Assembly: GCA_014905635.1 (NCBI GenBank) | Contig: CM026547.1 | Span: 744,001-808,000 of the forward strand | Direction of reading: 5' to 3' | Origin: Scenedesmus sp. PABB004 | Lineage: Eukaryota | DNA: 64,000 nt | In this document: positions 26,101 through 37,612 of the stretch, one piece after another | Position numbering within the stretch: the first letter of the stretch is position 1 | How the letters are laid out: each line of letters opens with the position of its first letter | Translations under genes and position numbers: made by a program | The notes under the pieces: model-generated | What the model was told of the DNA's origin: nothing | The model's input: only the letters and a program-made list of their open reading frames with translations | The model's database searches: none

Positions 26101-29100
26101 CTCCCGCCGCCGCTGGACAAAATTTTGCAAAAGGCGGCGACCGTCCAGGCAAAAGCGGGATTGGCGGCGGGGCTCAGCACGCGCGCGCCGTCCAGCTCCA
26201 CCAGAGCCACCAGGAGGTTGAGCGCCGTGCCGCGACAGCCCTGCGGCGCGGTCGGATCGAGCAGCGGCGCAAGCGAGGGCAGGCCTGCGCGCGGCGCGGC
26301 GCGGGGTGCGTTAGCGGAGCGGCGCGGGCGGGGCCCAGCGCAGCTGTTGGCGCGGCGCGTGCCCTCGCCCCCTTGGGTCACCTGCAAAAACGTGGCCCAG
26401 GAACGCGCCCGTCCGCAGGTCCGTCCGGCGCGCGCCGGCAGCGTCCGACGGCGCGAGGCTGCGCAGCGCGCCCAGGAGCAGAACCTCGACCGCGAGCGCC
26501 GCGCTGGCCACGCCGGCGCTGGCGGCGGCGGGCTGCTCGGCGCGCGCTGCGTCGCCGCCGCCGGCGCCGCCCTTGCCGGCCGCAGCGGGCGCAGCAAGCG
26601 CCGCGAGCAGCGGCGGCAGGAGCCTGTCTGCATTGAAGATGAGCCAGGCGTGCAGGCGGTGACCAAACACGTGGCACAGCCGCTGCCCCGCCGGTTTGGT
26701 CACCAGCTGCAGCAGCTCCGTGGGCGGCAGCCCAAGCTGCAGCGCGAGCTGCAGGGCTCCGTGCGCGGCGTCCTCGACCTGGGGCGGCGGCCGCACCGCG
26801 CCCGGGCGGCCGCCCACGCCCGGGGCAAAGCCGCCGCCAGCGTCCAGCCCCACCAGGCCCAGAGCGAGCGCCAGGCTCGCCTGGCAGAGCTGCCGCTGCA
26901 GCGCCCCGCCACCGGGCGCGAGCAGGGAGCCGCCAGGCCAGGCGCGCGCGTCCGGCTGCAGCTCGCCTGCCGCAATCAGGCCTGCGCCGCGGCGGCGCGG
27001 GCGGGGCCGCGCGCCTTGGTGAGTGTGGCCCGCCACAGCTTAGCCCCCGGCGCGACCGCCCGGCAAGCACGCACCCTTGACGACGCGGCTCACTGCCGAC
27101 AGCGCCGGCTCCCGCAGCGCCGCCCCTGGCGCCAGCACGGGCAGCACCACGCTGCGCAGCAGCGCCAGCAGGTCCGCCTGCAGCTGCGCCAGGGCGCCCG
27201 GCTGCTTTGTTGCTGCGTCGCGCAGCAGGGTGCGCACCGCCGCCTGGAGTCTGGTGCGCGCGGCGACTGCAGCGGCGGCGGCGGCGGCAGCGGCGGGGGC
27301 GGTAGCGGCGGCTGCGTTGTCCGGCCGCGCCAGCCCCGACGCTGGCAGCGCGCGGCGGCAGCAGCCTCGCCCGGGCACACCTTCGGGCGGCGAAAAGCCA
27401 AGCCTTTCTGGCGCCAGCAGGCACATCAGGCACAGCCGCCCCACGCTGCCGGGCCCAGCGCCCGCAGCAGCGGCCACCGCGCCGGCGCCGGTGCGCGCCG
27501 CCGCCGCTGCCAGCGCCACGAGCGCGCGCTCACGTGCGGCCTCCAGCATCCCGCTGCCCAGCAGGTGCTGCGCGAGCTCAAGCGCTGCCAGCACGGCCGC
27601 CTGCAGCTCGGCCGGCCCCGCCGCCAGCAGCAGGTCGCCGCTGGCGAGCGGGGAGAGGGCAGGGCCAGCCGCCGCCGGTGCCGGCGCTGCAGTCGCGCCG
27701 CCGCCGCCGCTCGGCTGCCCGACAATGTCTGGCAGGAGCAGCAGCAGCTGCGCGACGCCATCCAGCGCGCTGGGCACGGGGCTCAGCTGCTGTGCCAGCG
27801 AGCCCAGCTCTTTGGCGTCCAGCAGCCTGTGCGCGGCGGCGGAGCGGCTCACGCGCAGCGCTGCACGTTGCGCCGCGCCGCCGGCAGCCCCCCCCCCCCC
27901 CCTATTGCTCACCCCTGCTCCAGCGCCCAGCAGCACCAGTCGGCGGCGCCCGCCACGCCCCGCAGCCACGCGGCGCACACCGCCCTGCTGCCGGCAGCTG
28001 CGCCCGGCGCGGGCGGCGCTCCGAACAGCGCGCCTGCCACGGCCACCGGCGGGTGCGGCTCCTGCAGCGCCAGCATGCCGCGCAGCGCCTCCTGCTTGCG
28101 GCTGGTGCTGCCGGCGCAGTGCACCGCCGACAGCCATGCCATGACGCTGGACGCTGCGAACGGCAGGAAAAGGAGGACAGCCAGGTCGGGTCGTTGCTTC
28201 TGAGCGGCGACGCGGCGGCGCGCGTCTGCCGGCAGCGCCGCCCACCTGCTGCGTCGCCCGGCGCCGGCGAGGCAGCGCCCGGCGCGCCCGCTGCCGCGGC
28301 AGCCGCCAGCAGCTCGCGCGCGAGAATCGCGAGGAGCTGCTGCGCCGTGCCGCGCTGCGCCGGCGCCGGCGCGGCGGTCAGCGGCCACAGCCCGGCGGCC
28401 AGGAAGCCTCCCAACGGGCTCGATGCGTAGCCTGCTGGGGCGGGCGGGCGCGTGTGTTGGCGTGAGGGGCAGCCGCACGCGTGGGGTGCGTGCAGGCCCG
28501 CGCTCGACCAGCGCGCCACGCACCTGCCAGCCCCTGCGTGGCGGCGGCATCGCTGCCGCCCTCGTCGCTGGCGGGCGCCGCGAGCGTGTCGAGGCAGGGC
28601 GGCAGCCACTGCTGCAGCAGCACCGCGAGCGCCCGGCGCGCGGACGCCGCCGCGCTGCTGCCAGCGAGCGCGTCGCCTGCGGCGGGCGACGTGCGCAGGT
28701 CGACGTGGCGCAGGCGCGAGCATGCGCGCGCCGCGTGAAGGCAGCGCGCCCGCGCGCACCTGGGGCGTCCGCCAACGCCGCCACCAGGCGCCGCAGCACC
28801 TCCAGCAGGTGCGCCTCCACCAGCAGCGTGGCCTCGATGGGCTGCGCCAGCAGCAGCCGGCACGGCAGCGCCCTGTTGCGGCGCACGGCGCCGTGTGGGC
28901 AGGCGCGCGCCCGCGTGCACCGCGCGCCCGGCTGCACCGCGCCGCAATGCATGCGACCGCGTGTGCGCGCGCAGCGCCCGGCGCCGCACCTGGCGCACGC
29001 GGCCAACGCCTCCGCGGCGCCGCCGCGCTCGCACGCGGCGCGGCGGCCGAGTCGATCCAGCAGGCGCACGAGCAGCTGGCGCCCCGTGCGGCTCGTCGTG

Positions 29101-32100
29101 CCCGCCGCCCGCCCAGCGGCGGCGTGCCCGCGTGTGACCGCACACTTGAAGTACTCCCCGCACAGCAGGCTTGCGAGCTGCACCAGGCTGCGGCCACCGC
29201 CGCTTGCGGCAGCGACGCCGTCGCTGCCTGCGTCGTTGTTGCCGCCACCGCTGTTGCCGCCATCGCCGCCGCCGCCGCCGTTGCCGCCGCCGCAGGCTGC
29301 GTCCAGCAGGCAGTCCATGAGAACGCCGGCCGCGGCGCCGTCCGCGTCAGAGGAGCTGCGGCGCGCGCCGAGGCGGCGGCGCGCGGAGCGCGCTCAGCAC
29401 GCGCCCCGCCGGGGCTCCTCTGCGCTCTTGCCCAGCGCCCCCGCACCTGCCGAGCCAGTGCACAATCTGGTCGAGCAGCGCGCCGAACAGCTGCCACGCG
29501 ACGGGGTCGGCGCTCGCTGCGAGGCGCAGCAGCACCGGCCAGAGGCGCGCCGCCATGCCGGCAAACTGCACGGCCGCGGCGTGCTGCTCCTGCCCCGCTG
29601 CGGTCGCCACTGCGCGCGCAGGGGTGGCAACAGGCGCAGTCAGGGGGTGGTGAGGGAGGTGCCTGCGAGCGCAGCGCTGCACTCGGCGGCCAGCGAGGAA
29701 GCAGCGGCTCACGCTGCGCGGCGCCCTGCGCCATGTGCCCAATCGTCCACAGCGCCACGCTGTGCAGGGCCTCGAACGCCGCCACGCGCCGCGCGCGCGG
29801 GCCGCCGCCCTCCGCCACCGCCACGAGCTGCGGCAGCAACGCGTCCAGGAAGACCTGCGCGCGGCGGCGGCAGGTCAGCATGGCACGCACGCGGCGAGCG
29901 GCGCCCCGCGCCCCAGCGTGCCGCCCAGCGAGGCGCTCCCACCTCGAAGCTCACGGCGCCGCCGCCCTCGAGTGGGAAGGTGGTCGCCAGGCCCACGAGC
30001 GGCACGTCGCACCAGACCTGCCCGCCGCCGCCGCCGCCCGCGTGGCTCGCAGCCGACGCCGCAGCGGCTGCCAACGCTGACGCCGCGACGCCGCCCTGGC
30101 GGCCCAGCCAGAGCTGAATGCGCGGCTGCAGCGGCGCCAGACCCTGCGGCAGCGGCGAGCGGCGGCGCACCACACTCAGTGCTCGCCTGCGACGGCAGCG
30201 CGGGCAGCAACCCGCCGCCGCCGCTCGCCTTGCGGGCCGCCTCCTTGGCGCGCTGCTCTGCCGCGGCGCGCCGCCGGCGGTCGCGCGTGTACGCTGCTGC
30301 ACTCGTGTCCGGCGCCGAGGCGCCCTCGACCCCCGCGCCGCCGCCACCGCCGCCGCCGTCCTCGCCGTCCTCGCCGTCATCTTCGTCGGCCGGCAGGTCC
30401 AGGTCGCCCAGCTCCTCATCCTCGCCCCCGCCGCGGCCGGGTGGCGCGGCGCCGTCGTGCAGATACGGGTGCAGCAGCGGCACGACCGCCGGCAGCAGCG
30501 CCGCGAGCTGCGCCGGCTGCGCCGCCTCCCACGCCTCGAGCGCTGAGACCGCCACGGCCGCGACGGCGGGGCGGTCCAAGCCCAGGCGCAGCGCGAGGCG
30601 CAGCGGCGCCAGCGTGCGCTCCGCCGGCAGCAGCGCCAGCGCCGCGGGGGCGAGCAGCAGCTCCAGCGCCGCGGCCAGGCCCTGCTCGTCCAGCGCGTCG
30701 CAGGCGGCCGCCGCCGAGGGCAGCAGGCGCCGGAACAGCTCCGTGAGCTCCTCACGCTGCAGGGTCACCGCGCTGCCCGCCCCGCCGTCGCCGCGGCCCG
30801 GCTCCAGCAGCAGCAGGCCGCCGCACTCGCACAGGCCCAGCGCGCTCGCTGCCAGCTGGTAGAGGCCGAAGAGCCCTGGGTTCAGCGCCGCCGCCGAGAC
30901 GACGGCCAGCACGAGCGGCTGCGCCCAGGCGGCAAACGGCTCGGGGCCGAGCTCGGGCAGCAGGCTGGCCAGGAAGGCTGCGGCGGCGGCGGCGGCGGCG
31001 GCGTGCGTGGCGCGCGGGGTCGGGCGCGGGCCGGTGACGGCGCCCCAGATGCGCCCCCACCTGTGAGGTCCTGCAGGCCACGCAGCACGCCAGCGTCGCA
31101 CCGCACGCCACTGCCCGCGCCGCCGCCGACGGGGTCATCCTGATCGCCGCCGTCGCCGGCAGGCGCGGCCGCGCCGCGACCAGGTGGCGGCGCGGCCGCG
31201 TCGCCACCGCTGCCGCCAGCCGGGTCCAGCGCGCGGCGCTTGCGCGCCCGGCCGCCGTGCGCCGGCTCGCCGCCCTCCAGCTCCTGCGTCGCCGCCGCCA
31301 GCCGCACCGACGCCGCCGCCCTGCGCGCCGCCGCGTCGCCGGCGCCGCCCGCCTGGCTGGCGCCGCCAGGCGCGCCGCCGGCGCTGGCGGCCGCCGCCGC
31401 GCCCGCGAGCGCCGCCGCCGCCGCGCTCGCGTCGCTCAGCACGTGCGCCGCCGCGGGCTGCAGCGCCGCGAGCGCCGCATCCAGCAGGCCCCCGTACAGC
31501 GCCGCCCGCAGCGCCGGGGGCAGTAGCGCCGGCGCGGCGGGCGTGGTGCCGGGGCGCAGCAGTGCGAGCCACAGCCCGCGGTGGATGTGCCACGGGCGCA
31601 GCGCCGCGCCCGCGGCCTTGCCGGCGTCGGTGACGATCACCGGCCCGGCCTCGATCTGCGGCGGCGGCCGCGCCACGGCGGCGGCGGCGGCGGCGGCGGC
31701 GTCAGCCGCCCGCCTGCGCGGCGGCCGCCGCGCCGCGCCAGGCGCGCCCCCGCCGCGCACCTCCTCCGGTGTGAGCTGCGCGAGCGCGTGGCCCAGCAGC
31801 TCCCGCACCACGCTGTCCAGCACGGCCGCGCCGAGCACGCCGCCACCCTCCTCCTGCTGCGGCTGCGCGCCGGGCGCGGCCGCGCCGCCGCCGCCGCCCG
31901 CGGCCGCGGCCGCGACGAGCAGCCGCGCGAGCGCGGCCTGCGTCTTGACACGCTGCGAGGGCCACTGCCAGACGTACGAGCCTGCCGCGCGCGCACACAA
32001 GTGTGAGCGCGCAGGCGCCGCCCGCGGCGCCGCCCGCGCCCGCGCGCCACCGCCCGCTCGCCCGCGCGCACCCCGCCCGCCGCGCACCGATGAGCCGCGC

Positions 32101-32396
32101 CGCGACCTGCAGCGCCGCGTCGACGGCGGGCGACGAGGACGACGGCGCGTCCAGTTCTTGCGCGACCGCCGCCAGCGCGCCCAGCAGCACCACCTCGCGC
32201 TCCACGGGCGCCTCCTGCGCAGCGGTTGCGTCGGTTGCGTCGGTTGCGGAGCAGCAGCGTGCGCGCGCGGGCGGGCGCTGCGCGGGCGCGCGCGGGCGGC
32301 GCCCGCGGGCCGCGCCTGGAGCGAGTCGACGCCGCTGATGAGCGGCGACTGTGCCTGCACCAGGGGCAGCAGCGTCGCGAGCACCACGCGCAGCCC
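14130..32396 (-). CDS. PRKDC: DNA-dependent protein kinase catalytic subunit (PIKK); 5' end not found
   Basis: Kinase motifs KQRPKLL, VKGGEDARLDE|RIEQLF, YLVGLGDRHLGNLL...IDFGYAFG, PVPELPPFRLTRQL; FATC ending LATDERILARCWEGWRPWV*; DNA-PKcs-typical YRNGELPDVQ; long HEAT-type region; SQ/TQ clusters; dozens of short introns. Confidence 0.9.
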
Positions 32397-33059
32397 CTGC
32401 GCAGCGCAGCAGCGGCGGGCGCGGCGCGGCGCAGCGGGGGCGAGGGCGGGGCGGGGGCGGGCGTGAGCGCATGGTTGGCGTCACGGGAGCGCGGGGTGGG
32501 GGAGAGCGTTGCTGCCCGGCTGGCGGGGAGGGGGGCGGGGCGGTGGGTGCGTGCTGCCGCTGCGTGCGCGTGTGCGAGTGCGGTGGTGGTGGGGCCTTGC
32601 GGGAGCCGCGTGGATCGGGTCAGGAAGGCTGGCCCGGGACCTCCAAGCGCCGCGCGGGGCCGGCGGGGCGGCGGCGGCGGTTCAGGGCGCTGCGCGACGC
32701 GGTTCCACACCTCCGCCCTCACACACGGCCGCCCACGCTCGCACTGCCGATCACTCTCCACGGGAGCACGTAACACAGACGCAGGTTGGTTCGTCATCCC
32801 GCCGGCAACCTGTTGTACACAGACAGACGCAGTCTCAACCGCGTGCGCCGCAAGGCGGGTCGCGCGCCGCGCCGATTCGCAGGCTCCAAAACCTCCAAAA
32901 CCTCGCCGCCGCGCCACAAGGGGGGTCACACCAACACAACGAAGGGGGCCGGGGAACGGGGGTCCCAACGACAGAGTCACGCGGCGCACGGCACGAAAAC
33001 CTGGGCTCGGGGGCGGCCGCGAGGCCGCCGCGTCATGCCCGCCGCCGCCGCCGCCGCCG

Positions 33060-34561
33060 TCAGGCCTGCTGCTGCTGGCGCAGCGCGAGCACCTGCTTGT
33101 GCTCCTCCTCGACCAGCGCCAGGCTGCTGCACCGCGGCAGCGCCGCGGCCCAGCCGAGGTCGAGCGAGCGCGGCAGCACGACGCGCCGCAGCCGCGGGCA
33201 CGCCGCGACGAGGTCGCGCAGCGCGCCCGCGCCCACGCCGGCGCAGCGGTGCGCGTTGACCTCCACCAGCGCGCCGCAGCGCACGGCGAGCGCGCGCAGC
33301 GTATCGTCGGTCATCGCACGCGTTAGCTTGACGTGCGTCAGCCCGCCGCAGTTGGCCGCGAGCGCCGCGCCCGACGCGTCTGTGAGCTTGAGCAGCTTGC
33401 TGCTCAGCCGCACGTCGGTCAGCCCCCTGCACGCCTCGAGCAGCACGGTGAGCCCGCCGTCGGTCACGTGCTCGCTGTAGCCGCCGAGCGAGAGGCTCGT
33501 CAGGCCGGGGCAGTTGGCCGCGACCGCGTACAGCGACCTGCGCGCGGAGGGGCGGCGGCGCGCGCGCGTGGGCCGCGGTCGCGACCGCCGCTGCCGCAGC
33601 CGCTGGCGCTGTTTAGCTGCTATTCCTGGCGCCGCAACTGCCCCAGCGCCGCGCGCCGCCGCCTCCCCCCCCCCCCCCCCCCCGCCCCGCCGCGCGCGCC
33701 GCGCGCGCGCACCGGTCCGACACGCGGTCGCAGTTGTGCAGCGCGAGGCGGCGCAGGCGGGCGCAGCCCTCACTGAGCGCGATGAGGCCGTGGTCGTCAA
33801 AGAGCTCGGCGGGGAGGCTGTAGCGCGTGAAAAAGACCTCGAGCGCCTCGAGCGACTTGCAGTGCACCGCGAGCGCGCGCGCGAGGTCGTTGGTCATGCC
33901 GCCCACGCACGACGCGCGCTCGTCGAGGGAGAGCACGCGCAGGCGCGGCGCGAGCGCGGCGAGCGCGTACGCGCGCAGCCCGCGCGTGTGTGGGAGGACC
34001 TGGTCGCGCTTGACGCCGTTGGAGAAGCGCTGCGCGCCCTCGGCCGCGCGCGCGCCCGCGCTCCTGTGCGCGCGCGAGCAGCGGCGGCGCGTGGGCGCGG
34101 CGGCGGCGGCGGCGTGCGGCGGCGGCGGCGCACGCTGGCAGGGGCGGCGGCGCGTGCGGCGCGCGCGCCGCCCGCGCTCACCGCGCCATGCGCAGCACCT
34201 CGCAGCCGCCGCGCGAGCGCTGCAGCAGGCCGACGAGCGCCGCCGCGCTGCAGACGTGGCCGCACTCGCCCTCCTCGAAGCACAGCTCCGCCCAGTGCTC
34301 GCGGCCGGCCAGCAGGCGCGCGAGGCCGGCGCACGCGCACAGCAGCGCGCACCGCGACCGCAGGTCCAGCCGCGCGCACACCGACAGCACCAGCGCCGGC
34401 GGCAGCGCCTCCGTGAAGTCGACGCCCGGGCCGGGCAGCGGCAGCGCGGCGGCGGGCGGCGGCGCGCTGTCGCAAGCGTCGGCGTGCGGCGCCGCCGCGG
34501 GGCCGCCGTGCGCCGGCGCGGGGCCCGCCACGCAGACGGGGCCCATCACGTCGTCGTCCAT
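33060..34561 (-). CDS. F-box / leucine-rich repeat protein
   Basis: F-box-like ALPPALVLSVCARLDLRSRCALLCAC; cysteine-type LRRs (CARLRRLALHNCDRVSD, CPGLTSLSLGG..EHVTDGGL, CRGLTDVRL..LTDAS). Confidence 0.85.
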
Positions 34562-34896
34562 GGGCCGGCGGAGCCGGGCGATCGTTGTTTGCGGACTCCC
34601 CGCCCAGCACGTTCCGCGCCCCCCTGTGTGGCCGCAGCGGCGCCGGGGGTCACGGGCTGCCTCGTGCCGGCGGCCGGGAGTGGGCCCGGGAGCGGCGGGA
34701 GGCGCCGAGGAGACAACACTGTCACGCGTTTTTGGCTCAGCGCCCCCGCACGCCGTGCGTCACTCTAGGAGCGCTCCACGCCTCACCGCCGACGCACGCA
34801 CACCCGGAGCGCTTGCCCGGCCCCGCAGCGAGCGCGCGCGCCCGCCGACCGCGCCCGCCACCAGCCCGCGCTCCCCGCTCGCTGCGCGCCGGGGCC

Positions 34897-35949
34897 ATGG
34901 CCAAGTGGGACGTGAGTGGGCCAGCGAGCGCCGGCCGCGCAGGCGCCCGGCAGAACAGCAGCAGCAGCAGCGGCAGCACCTTCTAGCGGCGCCGTCGCCA
35001 CGCCGCCCGGCGGCGCCCGCGCTCGCGGGCGGTCGGGCCGCGTCCTGGCCCGCCATCAGGCCCCGCGCCAGCCGGCTGCGGCGCCGCCGCGCCGCTCCAA
35101 CCGCCCGCCGCCCGCGCCCGCAGGACCGGGACCCGCGCTGGGTGGTGCAGCACCGCGACGACGGGAAGAACGTCAACGGCTGGCACTGGGAGGACAAGAA
35201 CCGCTTCGACTGGGCCAAGGCGCGGCTGCAGGAGGTCCTGCCGGCGCTGCCGCCCGCGCAGGCGGGCGGGCTGCGCGTGGCGCGCGTGACGGACGTCGCC
35301 GGCGAGGTGCGGCGGCGGGCTCGGCGCGCGGCGCGCGGCGCGGCGCCGCGCCGGCGGCGGCGCGCAGACGCACGCCGCGGGCCGGCGCGGGCGCGCCGCG
35401 CAGGCGATGACGTCGACGCGCAAGGGCAACAAGAAGCTGGCCATCTACGACCTCAAAGTCACCATGAAGTGGGAGGCGCAGGGCGACGACGACGAGCAGC
35501 AGGCGCGCCCCGCGGGCGCGCCCCGCGGGCCGCACGGGCGCGCGGGCGCGCGGCGCGGGCGCGCGGCGCGGCGCCCCCTGGCGACGCCCCGCGCACGCGC
35601 GACGCCCGCGCGCGCGCCGCCCGCCGCCTTTTTTTTCGCCGCAGTACACGGGCACGCTGCAGCTGGATGACTTTGCGTCCCACAGCGAGCCGGAAGAGTA
35701 CGTGCTGACCGCGACAGCGGACGCGGTCGGCGACGCGGACAAGCGGGTGAGCGGCGCCGCGGCCGCGCGCCCGCGCCTGGCGGCGCGCGGACCAGCGGGC
35801 CGCGGGCGAGGCCGGGCGCCGACGCCGGGCGCCGCTGCCGCTGCCGCCGCTGCGCGCCGCAGCAAGTCTACAAGGCCGTCGCCGAGAGCTTGCGGCCGGC
35901 GATCGTCGAGGCGCTGCAGCAGCTGGTGCAGGAGATGGTGGAGCTATGA
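34897..35949 (+). CDS. Activator of Hsp90 ATPase, N-terminal-domain-only protein (Aha1_N / Hch1-like)
   Basis: MAKWD|DRDPRWVVQHRDDGKNVNGWHWEDKN (NxNxWHW motif), RKGNKKLAIYDLKVTMKW; stops after ...LVQEMVEL with no START-like C-domain. Confidence 0.85.
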
Positions 35950-36407
35950 CGCCGGCCGCGCTGCTGGCGCGGCGCTGTACATCACGAGCGAGGCGGCGGC
36001 CCGCCGGCCATTCTGGCTGGCTGCGCCGCCGGCACGGCGCTGCTGCAGGCGCAGCAGCGGGCGGCGCCGGCGTGCGGGCGTGGGCAGCGGGCGGCAGCGA
36101 GCGGCGGAGCGGAGCGGAGCGGAGCGGAGCAGAGCGTGCGGGGCGGACGCGCGGGAGGCACAGTAATCGGACCGCGCCGAGCTCCCCGCTTCGCAACACG
36201 GCCGTGCTGCGGCGGCAGCACGGCCGCTGTTCTTTTGTCGCGACGGCGCGGCTCGACCGCGCCTCCAGCGCGCCCGCCCCCCGTCCAGCGTGCCACGCTA
36301 GCGCTCCCCAACGCTCCGCGCCCGCGCGTCGACGCTCGCGGCGGCCACACGTGCAGCGGCAGCGGCAGCAGCAGGGGCGCGCGGCGCAGCGGCGCCTCCG
36401 CCCACGC

Positions 36408-37386
36408 ATGCAGACGCGCCGGAGCGGCGCCCACGCCCACATGCAGACGCGCCGGCGGCGCGCGGCTGAGCGCGAGAGCGGCGGGCCACCGCTGCCGGCG
36501 CTTCCCGCGGGTGTTCAGGCTGCAGTGCTCGCCGCGGCTGTTGCGGCCCACGCCGAGCCGGACGCGCTGGACGTGCACACCGGCTGTTCTGCCGCCTGGC
36601 TGGCAAGCCTGTCCCTGGTGTGCCGGGCCTGGCGCGACGAGCTGGCGACGAGCCCGGCGCTGCGCAGGCGCGCCCGGCTCGAGGCGCTGCGCGGCCTGGC
36701 GCTCCGGCACGACCACGCGCACCACGTCGTCTCAGCGGCGCGCTCCAGGGCGGCGCGGCTCAGCGCCGTGCCGCGCCGCCTGGCGCTCCGCTTCTCCGAC
36801 GGCTCGGCGGTCGACCTCGCAGTGCGGCGCCGCGGCGGCGCCGCTGGCGCCGCCGACGGGCTGCCCGCGACCGCGCTGGTCGTCGCCGCGCGCGCGGACC
36901 AGCTCACGGGCACCGGCCTGGGGGAGCTGCTGGCCGACCTCGACGCCCTGGACAGGCGCCACGCGGCGTCGATGGCGCTCCGCGTGGAGCCCGGCGTGCG
37001 CGGCGGCGACGGCCGAGGCGCGAGCGGCGGCGGCGCGACGATTGCGAGCCCGGCCGAGCTCGCGGCGGCCGCGGCGGCGCTGCTGCAGCGCGAGCTGGCG
37101 GACGTCGTGATGGAGGGCGACCCAGCAGGCGGGCGCCTGCTGTTTTTGCCGACGGCGCAGGGCTTCCGGCGGCGCGCGCCGCGACGTGCGTGAGTTGCGC
37201 CGCCTGTTCGTTCACGCCGGCAATCGCCTCCGTCATTCCACGCCGCCCTCCGCACCGCAACGCACGCAAATGTACGGCCTTTACGAGACCTGTCACTCTT
37301 CCAGCGGCTCGTGCGAGTTTTTGCAAGGCTGGACCACCGCCTCCCTGTACGATGTGCTCCGCGCGACGGCGCAGCACACCTCGTAG
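36408..37386 (+). CDS. Hypothetical protein with degenerate F-box-like N-terminus
   Basis: ATG at 36408 or 36441; LPALPAGVQAAVL...LASLSLVCRAWRD; ends either at TGA 37193 or, via GTGAGT...CAG intron 37190-37304, at TAG 37386. Confidence 0.5.
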
Positions 37387-37612
37387 CATTCGCGGCCACT
37401 GCCTTCAACAAGCAGGGCAGCGGCGGGGGCGAGAGCACCGGCGCCGGTGCTGCGCGCGGCTGACCCAAGACGCGGCGCACTCTACGAAACACAGCGGCGC
37501 CCGCGCGCTGCACGAGAGCGAGCTGGAGTAGATCTAGAGCACGCCGGCGGCGTGCAAGTGGGCGACGCCGGCCGTCGCCTCGTGGGCGGCGGCGGCAGCA
37601 GCGGCGGAGGCC

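Noticed and set aside
2807..28203. Very long Arg/Ala/Pro-rich ORFs in the track (e.g. 2807-5836 +, 24799-28203 +)
   Set aside because: Antisense or off-frame shadows of real intron-containing genes; stop codons are rare at this GC content.
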